From Isurus oxyrinchus (Eukaryota): a stretch of 64,000 nucleotides of DNA. The translations under genes and the position numbers were made by a program. Within the stretch, counting starts at the first letter, position 1; each line of letters starts with the position of its first letter. Below the pieces are notes generated by a model. The model did no database searches, was not told the DNA's origin, and saw only the letters and a program-made list of their open reading frames with translations. The stretch is from NCBI GenBank assembly GCA_026770705.1, contig JANJGN010000011.1, positions 113,584,001-113,648,000 on the forward strand, given 5' to 3'. This document shows positions 27,001-37,827 of the stretch, piece after piece.

Positions 27001-28350
27001 TATATGGCATTTCTTTGGCATATCTTCTGCTTGTACCATATTCCAAAGAACCATAGAAAGTTTACTACAAGGTTTGCCCCATGTTGTAGCTTATTTCAAT
27101 GATGTTCTTGTGACTGGACTCACTGAAAAGGAACATTTAATGAACTTGGAGGAAGTTCTGAAACTTTTTTTGCAGGTAGGAGTGAGAGTGAAAAAGGAAA
27201 AGTGCACATTCCAGGCAAAAGTGGTAATTTAATTAGGTCACAAGGTAGATTCACAAGACTTACATCCAATTGAAGAAAAAGTGGAAGCCATCAAAGAAAC
27301 CCCATTACATCCCTGGGAGTGGCCAGGAAAGCCACGTGTACACATCGATTATATGGGACATTTTATGGGAACAATGTTTCTATTCACCATAGATGCGTAT
27401 TCAATATTGGTGGACATATACGAAGTGAAGTCACTCACATCTTCCGCGACAATAGACAAACTACGACAAAGTTTCACAATTAATGGATTACCTGAAGTGT
27501 GAGTATCAGATAATGGAACAGTATTCACAAGTGCTGAATTTAACCGATTTACAAGCCTCAATGGTATTGTTCATGTAAAAACATCTCCATGCCACTCTTC
27601 TTCAAATGGACTTTCCGAGACAGCAGTTCAGAGGTTCAAATCTGGTATGAAGAAACTGTCTAAAGACTCAATAGTGACTAAATTAGCATGATTTCTATTC
27701 CATTATAGAACTACCCCTCATTCGACAACAGTGTCACATTATTGGAGTTGTCAATGAAGCGTAGTCCCCAATCAAGACTGAGCCTAATCATGCCAAACTT
27801 GGGGGGAGGAGGGGAGGTAGAAGGAAGTCAGAAATGCCAAATAATGGGACGATTGTCACAGTCGAGATAGAACATTTAACAATAAGAGAGAAAGTATTTG
27901 TGAAATATTTTAGAGAAGGACCAGTATGGTTGGTTGGTGAGATAAGTGCAGTGACCGGACCTCTTTTCTACCACGTGAAAGTCAAAGATCAGGTAATTAG
28001 GAGACATGCAGATTACATAAGAAGAGGAGAAACCAAATATCCAGAGATGACTCCACAAGTGTTCGAGACTGAATCCTGTTGAAAGAACTCAACCAAGTAC
28101 AAATGTGTTTGGGGGGCTAACTGTACCTGAAAGAGTTGGAGAAACAGATTTATCCGGTACCTACTGAAGAGCCATATGCTCAGACAACTCCAGTAAAGGA
28201 GGTTCCAAATCAAACTTCAGAAGCTGTAGTGCTGAGACATAACATACGCATTAGGAAACCCACCCAAAGACCTGACATTGTAAATAATTTGATACATTGA
28301 AAAAATATCGAAAAGATTGTAAAATGTCTTTTTCAGTAAAGGAGGAGGGA

Positions 28351-28669
28351 TGTAGTAATCTGACACGTAATACACCTTTAAGCCAAGTGTTGTAATATAA
28401 GATCACACGATGTTACTATCCAATAGCAGAGTAGCGTGGGCTACCACTGTGGGAGAGTCTTGAGTTAGACACTGAAGAGTGAAGACAGAACTATGTGTTA
28501 TGAGCACACAAGTGTAGCTGCTGAGTTTAGTTTGGAAATAAACAGCATGTGTTTATTTTAACAACAATCTTCTGATGTTTTCTCTTTCTGTACCAACTCG
28601 GTTACCCCAAATGAAGCATGCAACCTGTATCCTTTAGCCCCAACAAACCAAAAGACACTGGATCCAACA
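28351..28669 (+). repeat. 3' LTR of Gypsy 1
   Basis: Follows the PPT; ends ggatccaaca like the 5' LTR. Confidence 0.9.
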
Positions 28670-28929
28670 ATATCGTAATGATTTTAAATAGTTTTGAACT
28701 TGTTGAAACTTCTAAGTACTTTTAATCAATTTTTAAAAGATTTTATAAATTTGGAAAAGGGTTATAAATATTTAAATACATCTAAAAACTTTAAAATCCC
28801 TTTAAAACTTTTATTTACTTTTATCAGCAGTCAATCAATGAAGATAAAGTAACTTTAGTTATTTGTGTTGTATAGAGAAGCAACTGCCAAGGACACATGT
28901 CCACACCATCCTGGCACTGTATATCTTTG

Positions 28930-30372
28930 CTGGTTGGCTTTGCTGGCTGGGCCAGCATTTATTGTCCATCCCTAGTTGCCCTTGAGACTGCTGCAGTCTA
29001 TGTGGTATAGGTACACCTACAGTGCTGTTAGGAAGAGACTTCCAGGATTTTGACCCAGCGACTGTGAAGGAACGACGATATATTTCCAAGTCAGGATAGT
29101 GAGTGAGTTGGAGGGGAACTTCCAGGTGGTTATGTTCCCATCTATCTGCTGGCCTTGTCCTTCTAGATGGTAGTGGTCATGGGTTTGGAAGGTGCTGTCT
29201 AAGGAGCCTTGGTGAATTCCCGGAATGCATCTTGTAGATGGTACACACTGCACCTGCTGTGCATCGGTGGTGGAAAGAGTGAATGTTTGTGGATGCAGTG
29301 CCAATCAAGTGGGCTGCTTTGACCTGGATGGTGTCAAGCTTCTTGAGTGTCGTGGGAGCTGCACTCATCCAGACAAGTGAGGACTATTCTATCACACTCC
29401 TGACTTGTGCCTTGTAGATGGTGGACAGGCTTTAGGGAGTCAGGAGGTGAGTTACTTGTAGCACAATTCCTAGCCTCTGACCTGCTCTTGTAGCCACAGT
29501 ATTTATATAGCTAGTCCAGTTCAGTTTGTGGTCAATGGTATCCCCCAGGATATTAATAGTGGGGGATTCAGTGATGGTAATGCCATTGAACTTCAAGGGG
29601 CGATAGTTAGATTCTATCTTGTTGGACATGGTCATTGCCTGGCACTTGTTTGGCACGAATGTTACTTGCCACCTATCAGCCCAAGCCTGGGTATTGCCCA
29701 GGTCTTGCTGCATTTGGACATGGACTGCTTCAATATCTGAGGAGTCATAAATGGTACTGGACATTGTGCAATCATCAGTGAACATCCCCACTTCTGCCCT
29801 TATGGTGGAAGGAAGGTCATTGATGAAGCAGCTGAAGACGGTTGGGCCGAGGACATTACCCTGAGAAACTCCTGCAGGGATGTCCTGGGACTGAGATGCC
29901 TGACCTCCAATAACCACAACCATCTTCCTTTGTGCTAGGTATGACTCTAATCAATGGAGAGTTTTCTCCCTGATTCCCATTGAGTCCAGTTTTGCTAGGG
30001 CTCCTTGATGCCACAATCAGTCAAATGCTGCCTTGATGTCACGGGCAATCTCTCTCATTTCACCTCGGGAGTTCAGCTCTTTTATCCATGTTTGAAACAA
30101 GGCTGTAATGAGGTCAGGAGCTGAGTGGCATTGGCGGAACCCAAACTGGGCATCAGTGAGCAGGTTATTGCTAAGCAAGTCCCACTTGATAGCACTGTTG
30201 CTGACCCCTTCCATTACTTTACTGATGATTGAGAGTAGACTGATGGGGCGATAATTGGCCAGGTTGGATTTGTCCTGCTTTTTGTGGCTGGGCAATTTTC
30301 CATGTAGCCAGGTAGATGCCAGTGTTATAGCTGTACTGGAACAGCTTGGCTAGGGGTGCAGCAAGTTCTGGG
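28930..30372 (-). mobile_element. 5'-truncated LINE of the dominant family (RT region)
   Basis: NYRPISLLSIISKVME, QFGFR, DIKAAFD, GVSQGNVLGP, MFTDD. Confidence 0.92.
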
Positions 30373-30562
30373 TATCTGTATATCATCAGGATTTCTGTTG
30401 GATAGTAAATTGGATATCACTAGGATGATAAGTGGATAGCAGCCCCTGCTCCCTTTGCTCCTCTTTCTCTGTTCCTCTGGCTCCCATTCACAACCCCACC
30501 GACCACATGCCCCCTCACCTTCTCAGTTCCAATGTCAGAACAACACTGATCGTTCTGACATA

Positions 30563-31237
30563 GGGCAGGATATTGAAGTCGGTGAGTGGGGGGGGCGCTG
30601 CGGGATGACATCGGACGGAACTCCCAATGTCATCCCGTGTCGTTTCAATTTTCAGGTCAGCGGGGGCGCAGCCGAATCAGCTGTGCACCTGCTGACCTGT
30701 CAATGACCAACTGAGGCCATTTAAAAAGTAATTAGACCAGTTAATGGACCTGCCCGTCCAACGTTAAGGTTGGCAGGCAGGCCGGGCGCCCTGGCAGGCT
30801 TCAGAAAAAGCATGAAACCTCATCCATGGGCGAGATAACGTTTCATGTAGGTTTTTTAAAATTTTATAGAAGTTTACTTCAAAGTGGTGGACATGTCCCA
30901 GCTCATGTGACAGTGTCCCATGAGGGGACATGTCAGGGAAATTTCATTTCTGTACAAGTACCATTTTTAAATTTGGCGCCGATCTCCCTGAGGCAGCACT
31001 TGGCATCAGGGAGATAAGTGCATTCTATCGGCTTCCGGCTTAGAGAATCCCCCCACCTCCTGGCTCCCGCACAGGGAATTCATAGCACTTCCTGGCAGAC
31101 GTCACGCTAGGTGGGCCTTAATTGGCCCACCCATATAAAATGGTGGTGTGCCTCCAATCGCTGGCACCAATCGAAGGCGTACCCCCACGCACCCGCTCCT
31201 GAACTCTCCCCACCCCGATGGGGAGAAAATTCTTCCC
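30563..31237. mobile_element. Harbinger-type MITE
   Basis: Ends gggcaggatatt / aaaattcttccc; near-TSD ata/aca; interior similar to 18799-19430 (gaaacctcatcca, tccctgaggcagc). Confidence 0.8.
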
Positions 31238-33044
31238 ACAAGCTGGACTAAAGAGTCGGGAGATCTCTGGGAGTGGTGGGGCCGGAAGAACCGGGGGCGT
31301 GTGGGATGAGGTGCAGGTAGAGCCAGTGGAACCAGGTATGCCAGGGGAGCATGGGATGAAAAGCCATGAACACTTTTATTGCTAATATAACAATTTACAG
31401 TCATGAAGCCTTTATTTACACTGCCTGCTTTTTGACTTACACCTGTGCTTAAGTGCGTTATCTTTACGCATGTAAACAGCCGGGCAAATTGTGAACAAAT
31501 AAACAAAGTTTTTGTACTAATGGTCCTTGCCATTTAAGAATAGGAATGGCAAGGCCATCAGTGTGAGCCAGTTGAGGCGCACTGCAACTTCTGCATTTCA
31601 GCGTATATCAGGTCACCAGAAGTTACAATGTGTAAGTTTTTGATAATTCTGCTAAGTTTTAGGGTTTTTTGTTGGTTTGTAACATCTATGGATTTTATTC
31701 TTTAACTACTTTTTAAATGGTTCAGTTTGAATTTCTGTTAGTGAGACGATGGACAGTCATGGCAGTTTACTTACAATTGCTGTTTGTGAGAAATTACACT
31801 TAATTGTTTTTTGACTTTAAGTTGCTTGAAAGTGTGGATTCAGCAGTTCATGTTGTAATTAAGAGTTATTTAAATCAACTTTGAAAGAACGGCTAAAAAA
31901 TGGCTTGAACTTTGGATGACTTTGTCTTTAAACAAAACCCATGCACTGATTTAATTGATTAACTACTTTTGTAGGGCAGAACATCTGTGTTAGAGGGAAA
32001 CATTTCTTTTTGTTTTGACATTCTTGTAAGAAGTGTCACTAACACTTGTTCTTAATGGTTTTAGTATCTGTGGGACTTGAGTTAAAATATGTTGAAGAGG
32101 ATGGGACAATATTGTAACTGCTGTATATCTAAAGGAAATGTGTTATTTGCTCACAATGGAATGCAAACTCTGGAGGCCCAGTGGAAAAGGCTTGGACATT
32201 TGTCTTTAGTCTATATGGCTCTAGTTGCAGAGGTGGTGTGACATGAGATGACTCTTAGCCTAAGCCAATGGAAGTGGTGAATTTCAACAATTTCCAAATA
32301 AGGGATCCCAGAATAATAAGAAGTGGGGATAACTGTTGGAAAATTGGAGTCTTTATTGGCACAGTGGCTTTTGGGGTATGACTCTTCTGGACACAGTTGA
32401 ACATCACTCCAAAGACAGAGAAGATAAAGACATTGCTTGTGTGGCAATGCTCAAGGATTATAGAAACTTGAGGAATAAGGAACTTCCATGTTGTCTTCAC
32501 TGTTTTTTGTTAAGTATATGTAAAATATTGCTTAATAACTTCTAATTGATTCATAAATACTAGTTGTTTGTGCCTTGTTAGGTCAGACACAACTGAGGAC
32601 CTTGGTGTTAGACATTTTATTTGGAAGGCTTTAATATCTTAAAACCCTAAAATCTTACAAATGCCTTCCATCTCTCAATAGTAACAACCTTCTCAGCATT
32701 CGCCGATATTGAGAAAGGAAAATCTAGACCATGGTATAATAATGGTAATATCAAATTTGATAGGTCTTTCTTTTTCTTTACTGTGTTGTCTTCTTGTAAG
32801 CAAGCATTTTAAAATATTGTTCGCTTTGTAAACCACCTTTTCTTATAATTTGGTGCAAGGATCACTTCAGGAGCTAGCTACTCCTTAGAGGCAATGACTG
32901 GTCTGTGTTTAAAGTTCTGTTGATGTCTTTGGACTTAGCCACAATTTACAGGATTTTGTTTGAGAAGGTCAATAGCAGCAAATCTTCATCTAGCCCATTG
33001 TAGTTGACATGATATCATTCATTTCCTGAAATGCATCATTCCAG

Positions 33045-33900
33045 AGAATGGTTTAAGCCAGTCTGACAACTGAAAGGAATAAGCCATTCAGCCCTTGCAG
33101 TCTTTTACACCATTCTATTTGATCATGGCTCATCTTTCTTGAAATTTCCTTATCTGTCTTTACTCCATATACCTTGATCTTAACTTTATTTAACAAAAGT
33201 CTTTGACCACAGAGTGAAAATTTCAATTGATCTAGCATTCACAGCCTTTTGGGGTTGAGGATTCCAAACTTCCATCACCCTTTGAGTGAAAAAGTGCTTC
33301 CTATTTTCACTCCTAACTTGTCTGGCTCTAAACTTGAGATTATACCACCCTGTTCTTGATCCTCCATCAGAGTTAATATTTTCTCTGCATGTACCCTATC
33401 GATAATTTCAAGGACCTCATTTAGACCATCCCTTAAACTTCTAAACTCAAGGGAGTTAAAGCCAAGTTTGTGCAATCTGACTTCATAATTTAATCATTTA
33501 AGCTCCCATCCTGCTATATCTGAATTGTACTTGTTACAAAGCCAATAGGGCCTTCCTGAGGGGCAGTGCCCAAAACTGAACATAATACTTTGGATGGAAT
33601 CTGATCAAGATCAACAGAAGCAGAACCTATTTTTTCCATTCCAACAACCTGAGATAAAGGCCAATATTCCATTAGCCTTTTTGTTTAGTGAATAGTGAAT
33701 TGTCTAGACATGGCCAAATTCTCTTGCTCTTCCACAGATCCTAGACTCTTACCATTACGAAAATATTCTAAATTGTCTTTCTTGGATCCAAAGTGGATGG
33801 TCTCACACAGTAAGCTCCATCATCTTTAGCCATTCACTAAGTCTGTCTGTTCCCTTTGTAACTTCCTGTTCCCATCCACATAACTTTCTGTGCCATCTAA
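33045..33900 (-). mobile_element. Old CR1 LINE 3' fragment
   Basis: KLGFNSLEFRSLRDGLNEV; tail 'ccattcagccc...gatcatggct'. Confidence 0.7.
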
Positions 33901-34539
33901 ATGGAGTGACAATTGCAATACTCCAATCCAAAAACACAATTCCTGAATTTAGAGAGCTGTGGAAAATTTTGAAGTATCTGCAATTTCCTCACTTGGGTAA
34001 AATGCATTATTTCCTGAAGATTTTTCTGAAGTATTACTGCTTTCTCGTGACCATTTTTAGCCTAAATTAATTCCAGGAATTTCCTCCCCTTGTCTCGTTT
34101 TCTTTTATCTTTGTAATATTTTGTACTTTCCATCACCGTGAAAATGCATACAAGTATTAATTCTGCGATCCCTTATTGTCCGTTATAGTCTTACTTGCAT
34201 CTCTCTTTAATGGATCCAAATTTCCTTATATAATTCTCTATCTTGTAACATATTTATAAAACTTAAATGTTAGCTTTGATATCACTTGTTTTTCTATATT
34301 CCATTTTTTCATCTCATTACTTTCTTTGTGTCTCCTTGCTACATTAAGCTCTCCAAATCTGCTGGGTTGCTACTTATTCCTGCATTAGTACAAGCCTTTT
34401 CTCTTAGCATGATATCATCTCTTACATAATTTGTTGACTATGGTGCTTAACTGGACAAGTGGAGCTTGTCTTTTAGGGGTATGTACTGGCTTTGTATCAT
34501 ATCAGCTACTACTTTGAACATATCATATTGCTTGATTTT

Positions 34540-35056
34540 TAAAAATCCACTTATGTGATTTGGGCATCGCTGGCTAGGCCAGCATTTATTGCCCATCCCT
34601 AATTGCCCTTGTTCAGAGGGCATTTAAGAGTAAACCACATTGTTGTGGATCTGGAGCCACATGTAGGCCAGACCAGGTAAGGATGGTAGATTTCCTTCCC
34701 TAAAGGACATCAGTGAACCAGATGGGTTTTTACGACAATCGACAATGGTTTCATGGTAACCATCAAACTTTTAATGGAAATGTTGGGCAGATCAAAATTT
34801 ACTCACCTGGGTAACTGCACAACTGACCCCCAATCACCCCCTGACCCCTCAACTACCACCCTAACCACCAACCTGATTACAACCTTGATTACCTCTCCCA
34901 ACTATGTTCCCAGCCTGCCTAACACTTTGACCCAATCTGACTACTCTCCCAAACTGACTACCATGGTGGGATTTGAGCCCAGGTCCCCCAGAGCGTAACC
35001 CTGGGTCTACTAGATTACTAGTTCAGTGGGCAATATCACTATACCAGTGCCTCCTC
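34540..35056 (-). mobile_element. tRNA/Deu-like SINE with a ~180 bp C-rich internal insertion
   Basis: Tail and core at 34540-34772, head at 34960-35056, unrelated sequence between. Confidence 0.82.
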
Positions 35057-35563
35057 TAATGATGTAGGCTTACTAATTAACAATTTAGCCCCATTTACTA
35101 TAGTCAATTAATTTCATATCTCTTTGAAGTTTGTCATACTTAAGTTGAAATCATTGATTTTTACCTTTCTCACTTTCCTCACAGATATAACATTCAATCA
35201 TATTCTGGTCATCATTGACAGGATTTTCCGTAATTCTCCCTTAAGCATCTGCAGTGTTTTTTATTGCTGTACTAGTGCATTTTAGCAATATTGGTTCTCC
35301 TCCTCCTTTCCCAATTTCCTTATCCTCTCCAATGATCTTATACCCTGAAATATTTTGCCATTAATAATGCCCAGCTTGTAGCCAGTTCTCTGTAATGGTT
35401 AATTTAACATTAAACAGATTACTTTAAACTGGATTTGTGCTTCCAAATCATTTGTTTTATTTCTTATGCTAAGTGCCTTTGTGTACAGGGCTCTTATTTT
35501 GTCAACTGTCCTCACACTGCCTAAATTCCATGCTGGTCTTTTTGTCATGCTTATTGACTTTCT

Positions 35564-36277
35564 GAGCTGAATTTTATGGAGTCTGCAGGAGCGAGATAGG
35601 AGTTGGGGGTGGGGGTGGGGGTTGGGGACCTCAAGAGGGAAGAGAGTGGAGTGCCTGTCAGGAGGGAATGCAGGAGGGAAGCTGGAGGACAGACCTCCTG
35701 CCTCGAGACAAGTGTGCCACTAAAATGGCTGATTAAGGGCCTCTTCTTGCCATTGCTGATGTTTTACCAGCAGCAGGTGTGCCCTCTGTCATGTGGGGTG
35801 CCCTCCTGGAGAACCCCTGTCCTCCCTGCAGGCTCAGGCCCTCCTAATTGAGCACCCTGTGGCTAATGGAGGGGACACCAGTGGCAACGGCTGCCCCAGT
35901 CACAACATCCTCCTCTGACTTCAACTGCCAACACCACCATTGATGGGGCCTGCCTGACTGGCTTTGGTCTTACCTTTCTGCGAGAGCAGAGTCCTTTGAT
36001 GAGTCTCTCAAATGGGTGTAGTCCCAGTGGTGACCTTTGCTCCCAGTGGTACTGCTGGGACTGAAGAGCTGCCAGCATTTTGATTTACTGGCAGCTCCAA
36101 GAGCCGAGCTCTTGTCCCTTAAAGAGATGGGAGCCCCACTGGCAGCTCATTAGTTGCTAACTTGCCTTAGAATCTGGCTGGAGCTCTCACAAACAGCTGA
36201 GTTGGGGGGTGGGGGTGCTTATCCCCGGCTTTCCTATCCATCGTTGGAGCTGCTACCATCCTTACAAAATCCAGACC
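35564..36277. mobile_element. Degenerate Harbinger-type MITE
   Basis: Ends gagctgaatttt / aaaatccagacc; near-TSD tct/act; GC-rich island in AT-rich context. Confidence 0.6.
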
Positions 36278-36536
36278 ACTGTGTGGATTTTCCCCTCCCT
36301 TCTCCCTAATTAGTGTAAATCTTCCCCATTGACTTATCCATCCTTTTTCTAAGTGAAGTCCTGCACATTAGTACCACATTCCTGGTCCTAAAAATAAAAA
36401 AATATATAGACTTTGCATTGATGAAACACATTTCAGAATCTCAAGATATTCCAAAGCAATTTACAATGAAATGGTACTTTGAAGTGTAGAAATTGTTGTA
36501 ATTCTGGAAGCACAGCAAGGTGGCGATGAGATATCG

Positions 36537-36990
36537 TGCAGATTTTTCACCTCGGCAGGTGGGCGCGTGCCTGACCTGCTTGAATGAGAAATGACGTGGG
36601 TTGATGTCGGGTGAGTCTCCCGACATCAATGTGCAATCGCGTGATAGTTTGGTCGGTGGACGCGCGTGGGAATCGGCAATTTAAAGACCTGTTAAGGCCA
36701 TTAAAGTAACAATTAGTTTAATTTTTTGCTGCCCGGCCAACATTAGTGTTGGTGGGTAGGCAAAAAGGCCAAGCAGCCTTTGCATTTTTTTGGAAACCTT
36801 ATCCATGGGCTAGATGGGATTTCCAACATCAAATAAAAATAAAATAAAATTTTCAAATTGCACTTATAACATGCCCCTACTCATGTGACAGAGTCACATG
36901 GGGGGACATGTTTTATAACATTTTTCTAATCTTTACTTTTTTTCAAAATTCTTCATTTCCCTGAGGCAGCCCTGTGCCTCAGGGAGAATC
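36537..36990. mobile_element. Truncated copy of the 18799-type MITE
   Basis: Colinear with 18799-19190 (ctgttaaggccattaa, gaaacct.atcca, cctcaggga). Confidence 0.8.
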
Positions 36991-37111
36991 TCATATTACA
37001 TCATTACAGCCATCTGAGACATCCCATCATAAACCCCATCTTACACTAAAACCCACCAACAAAAATATTTTCATTAACATCTTTATCCAACAATGCATCC
37101 AATTATACAAA

Positions 37112-37344
37112 CAGAATTCAGTTAATAAATCTGGAATATAAAATGGTGACCATAAAACTTGTTGTGAAGACCCATCTAGTTCACTAATGCCCTTTAGGGA
37201 AGGAAATCTGCTATCCTTACATGGTCTGGCTTACATATGACTTCAGACCCACAGCAACGTGGTTGACTCGGAAATGTTCAATTCAAGAGCAACCAACACT
37301 AACTTTGTCAGCAACGTCCGCATCCCATGAAAGAATTTTTAAAA
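37112..37344 (+). mobile_element. 5'-truncated tRNA/Deu-like SINE
   Basis: Core 'gttcactaatgccctttagggaaggaaatctg...ggtctggc...cagacccacagcaacgtggttgactc' plus tail catcccatgaaagaa. Confidence 0.8.
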
Positions 37345-37414
37345 AGTGGGGATGTTCGCTGATGATTGCACAGTAATCAGTACCATTTGCAACTCCTCAG
37401 ATAAGAGGAGGTGA

Positions 37415-37490
37415 TGGCATAGCGGTATTGATGCTGAACTAGTAATCCAGAGACCCAGGGAAGTGCTCTGGGGACCTGGGTTTGAATCCC
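37415..37490 (+). promoter_or_regulatory. Pol III type-2 internal promoter (A and B boxes) in a tRNA-like head
   Basis: A-box tggcatagcgg 37415-37425; anticodon-like arm ctgaa-ctagtaa-tccag (AGT); B-box ggtttgaatccc 37479-37490. Confidence 0.75.
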
Positions 37491-37827
37491 ACCGTGGCAG
37501 ATGGTGGAATTTGAATTCAATAAAAACCTGGAATTAAAGTCTAATGATGACCACGAAACCATTGTCAATTGCTGTAAAAATAACCCAACTGGTTCACTAA
37601 TGTCATTTAGGGAAGGAAATCTTCGCCCTTACCTGGTCTGACCTACATGTAACTCCAGACTCACAGCAATGTGGTTCACTCTTAAATGCCCTCCGAAATG
37701 GCCTAGCAAACCACTCAGTTGTAACAAACTGCTACAAAGTCACAAAAAAAAGAATGAAATGGGATGGACCACCTGGCATCGACCTAGGCACCGGAAATGG
37801 CAATTGCAGCCCTGTTGACCCTATAAA

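Larger units (their letters stand above)
24555..28669 (+). mobile_element. Gypsy LTR retrotransposon 1, degenerate
   Basis: LTRs 24555-24874 and 28351-28669 (TG..CA); PBS tggtgacgag at 24878; PPT aaaggaggaggga; gag (QRFKFNSR, LRDRLVC, CFFCHRYGH); protease VDTG; RT (AAPIV..KPD..IRICG.YK, YFND); integrase (LHPWEWP, HIDY.G, SDNG..FTS, SNGL.E). Confidence 0.93.

Noticed and set aside
32211-32545. Short overlapping ORFs as host exons
   Set aside because: No recognisable homology and no paired splice signals.
37405-37500. Functional tRNA-Thr gene
   Set aside because: Imperfect stems, an extra arm, no terminator, and it continues into the SINE core; it is a retroposon head.
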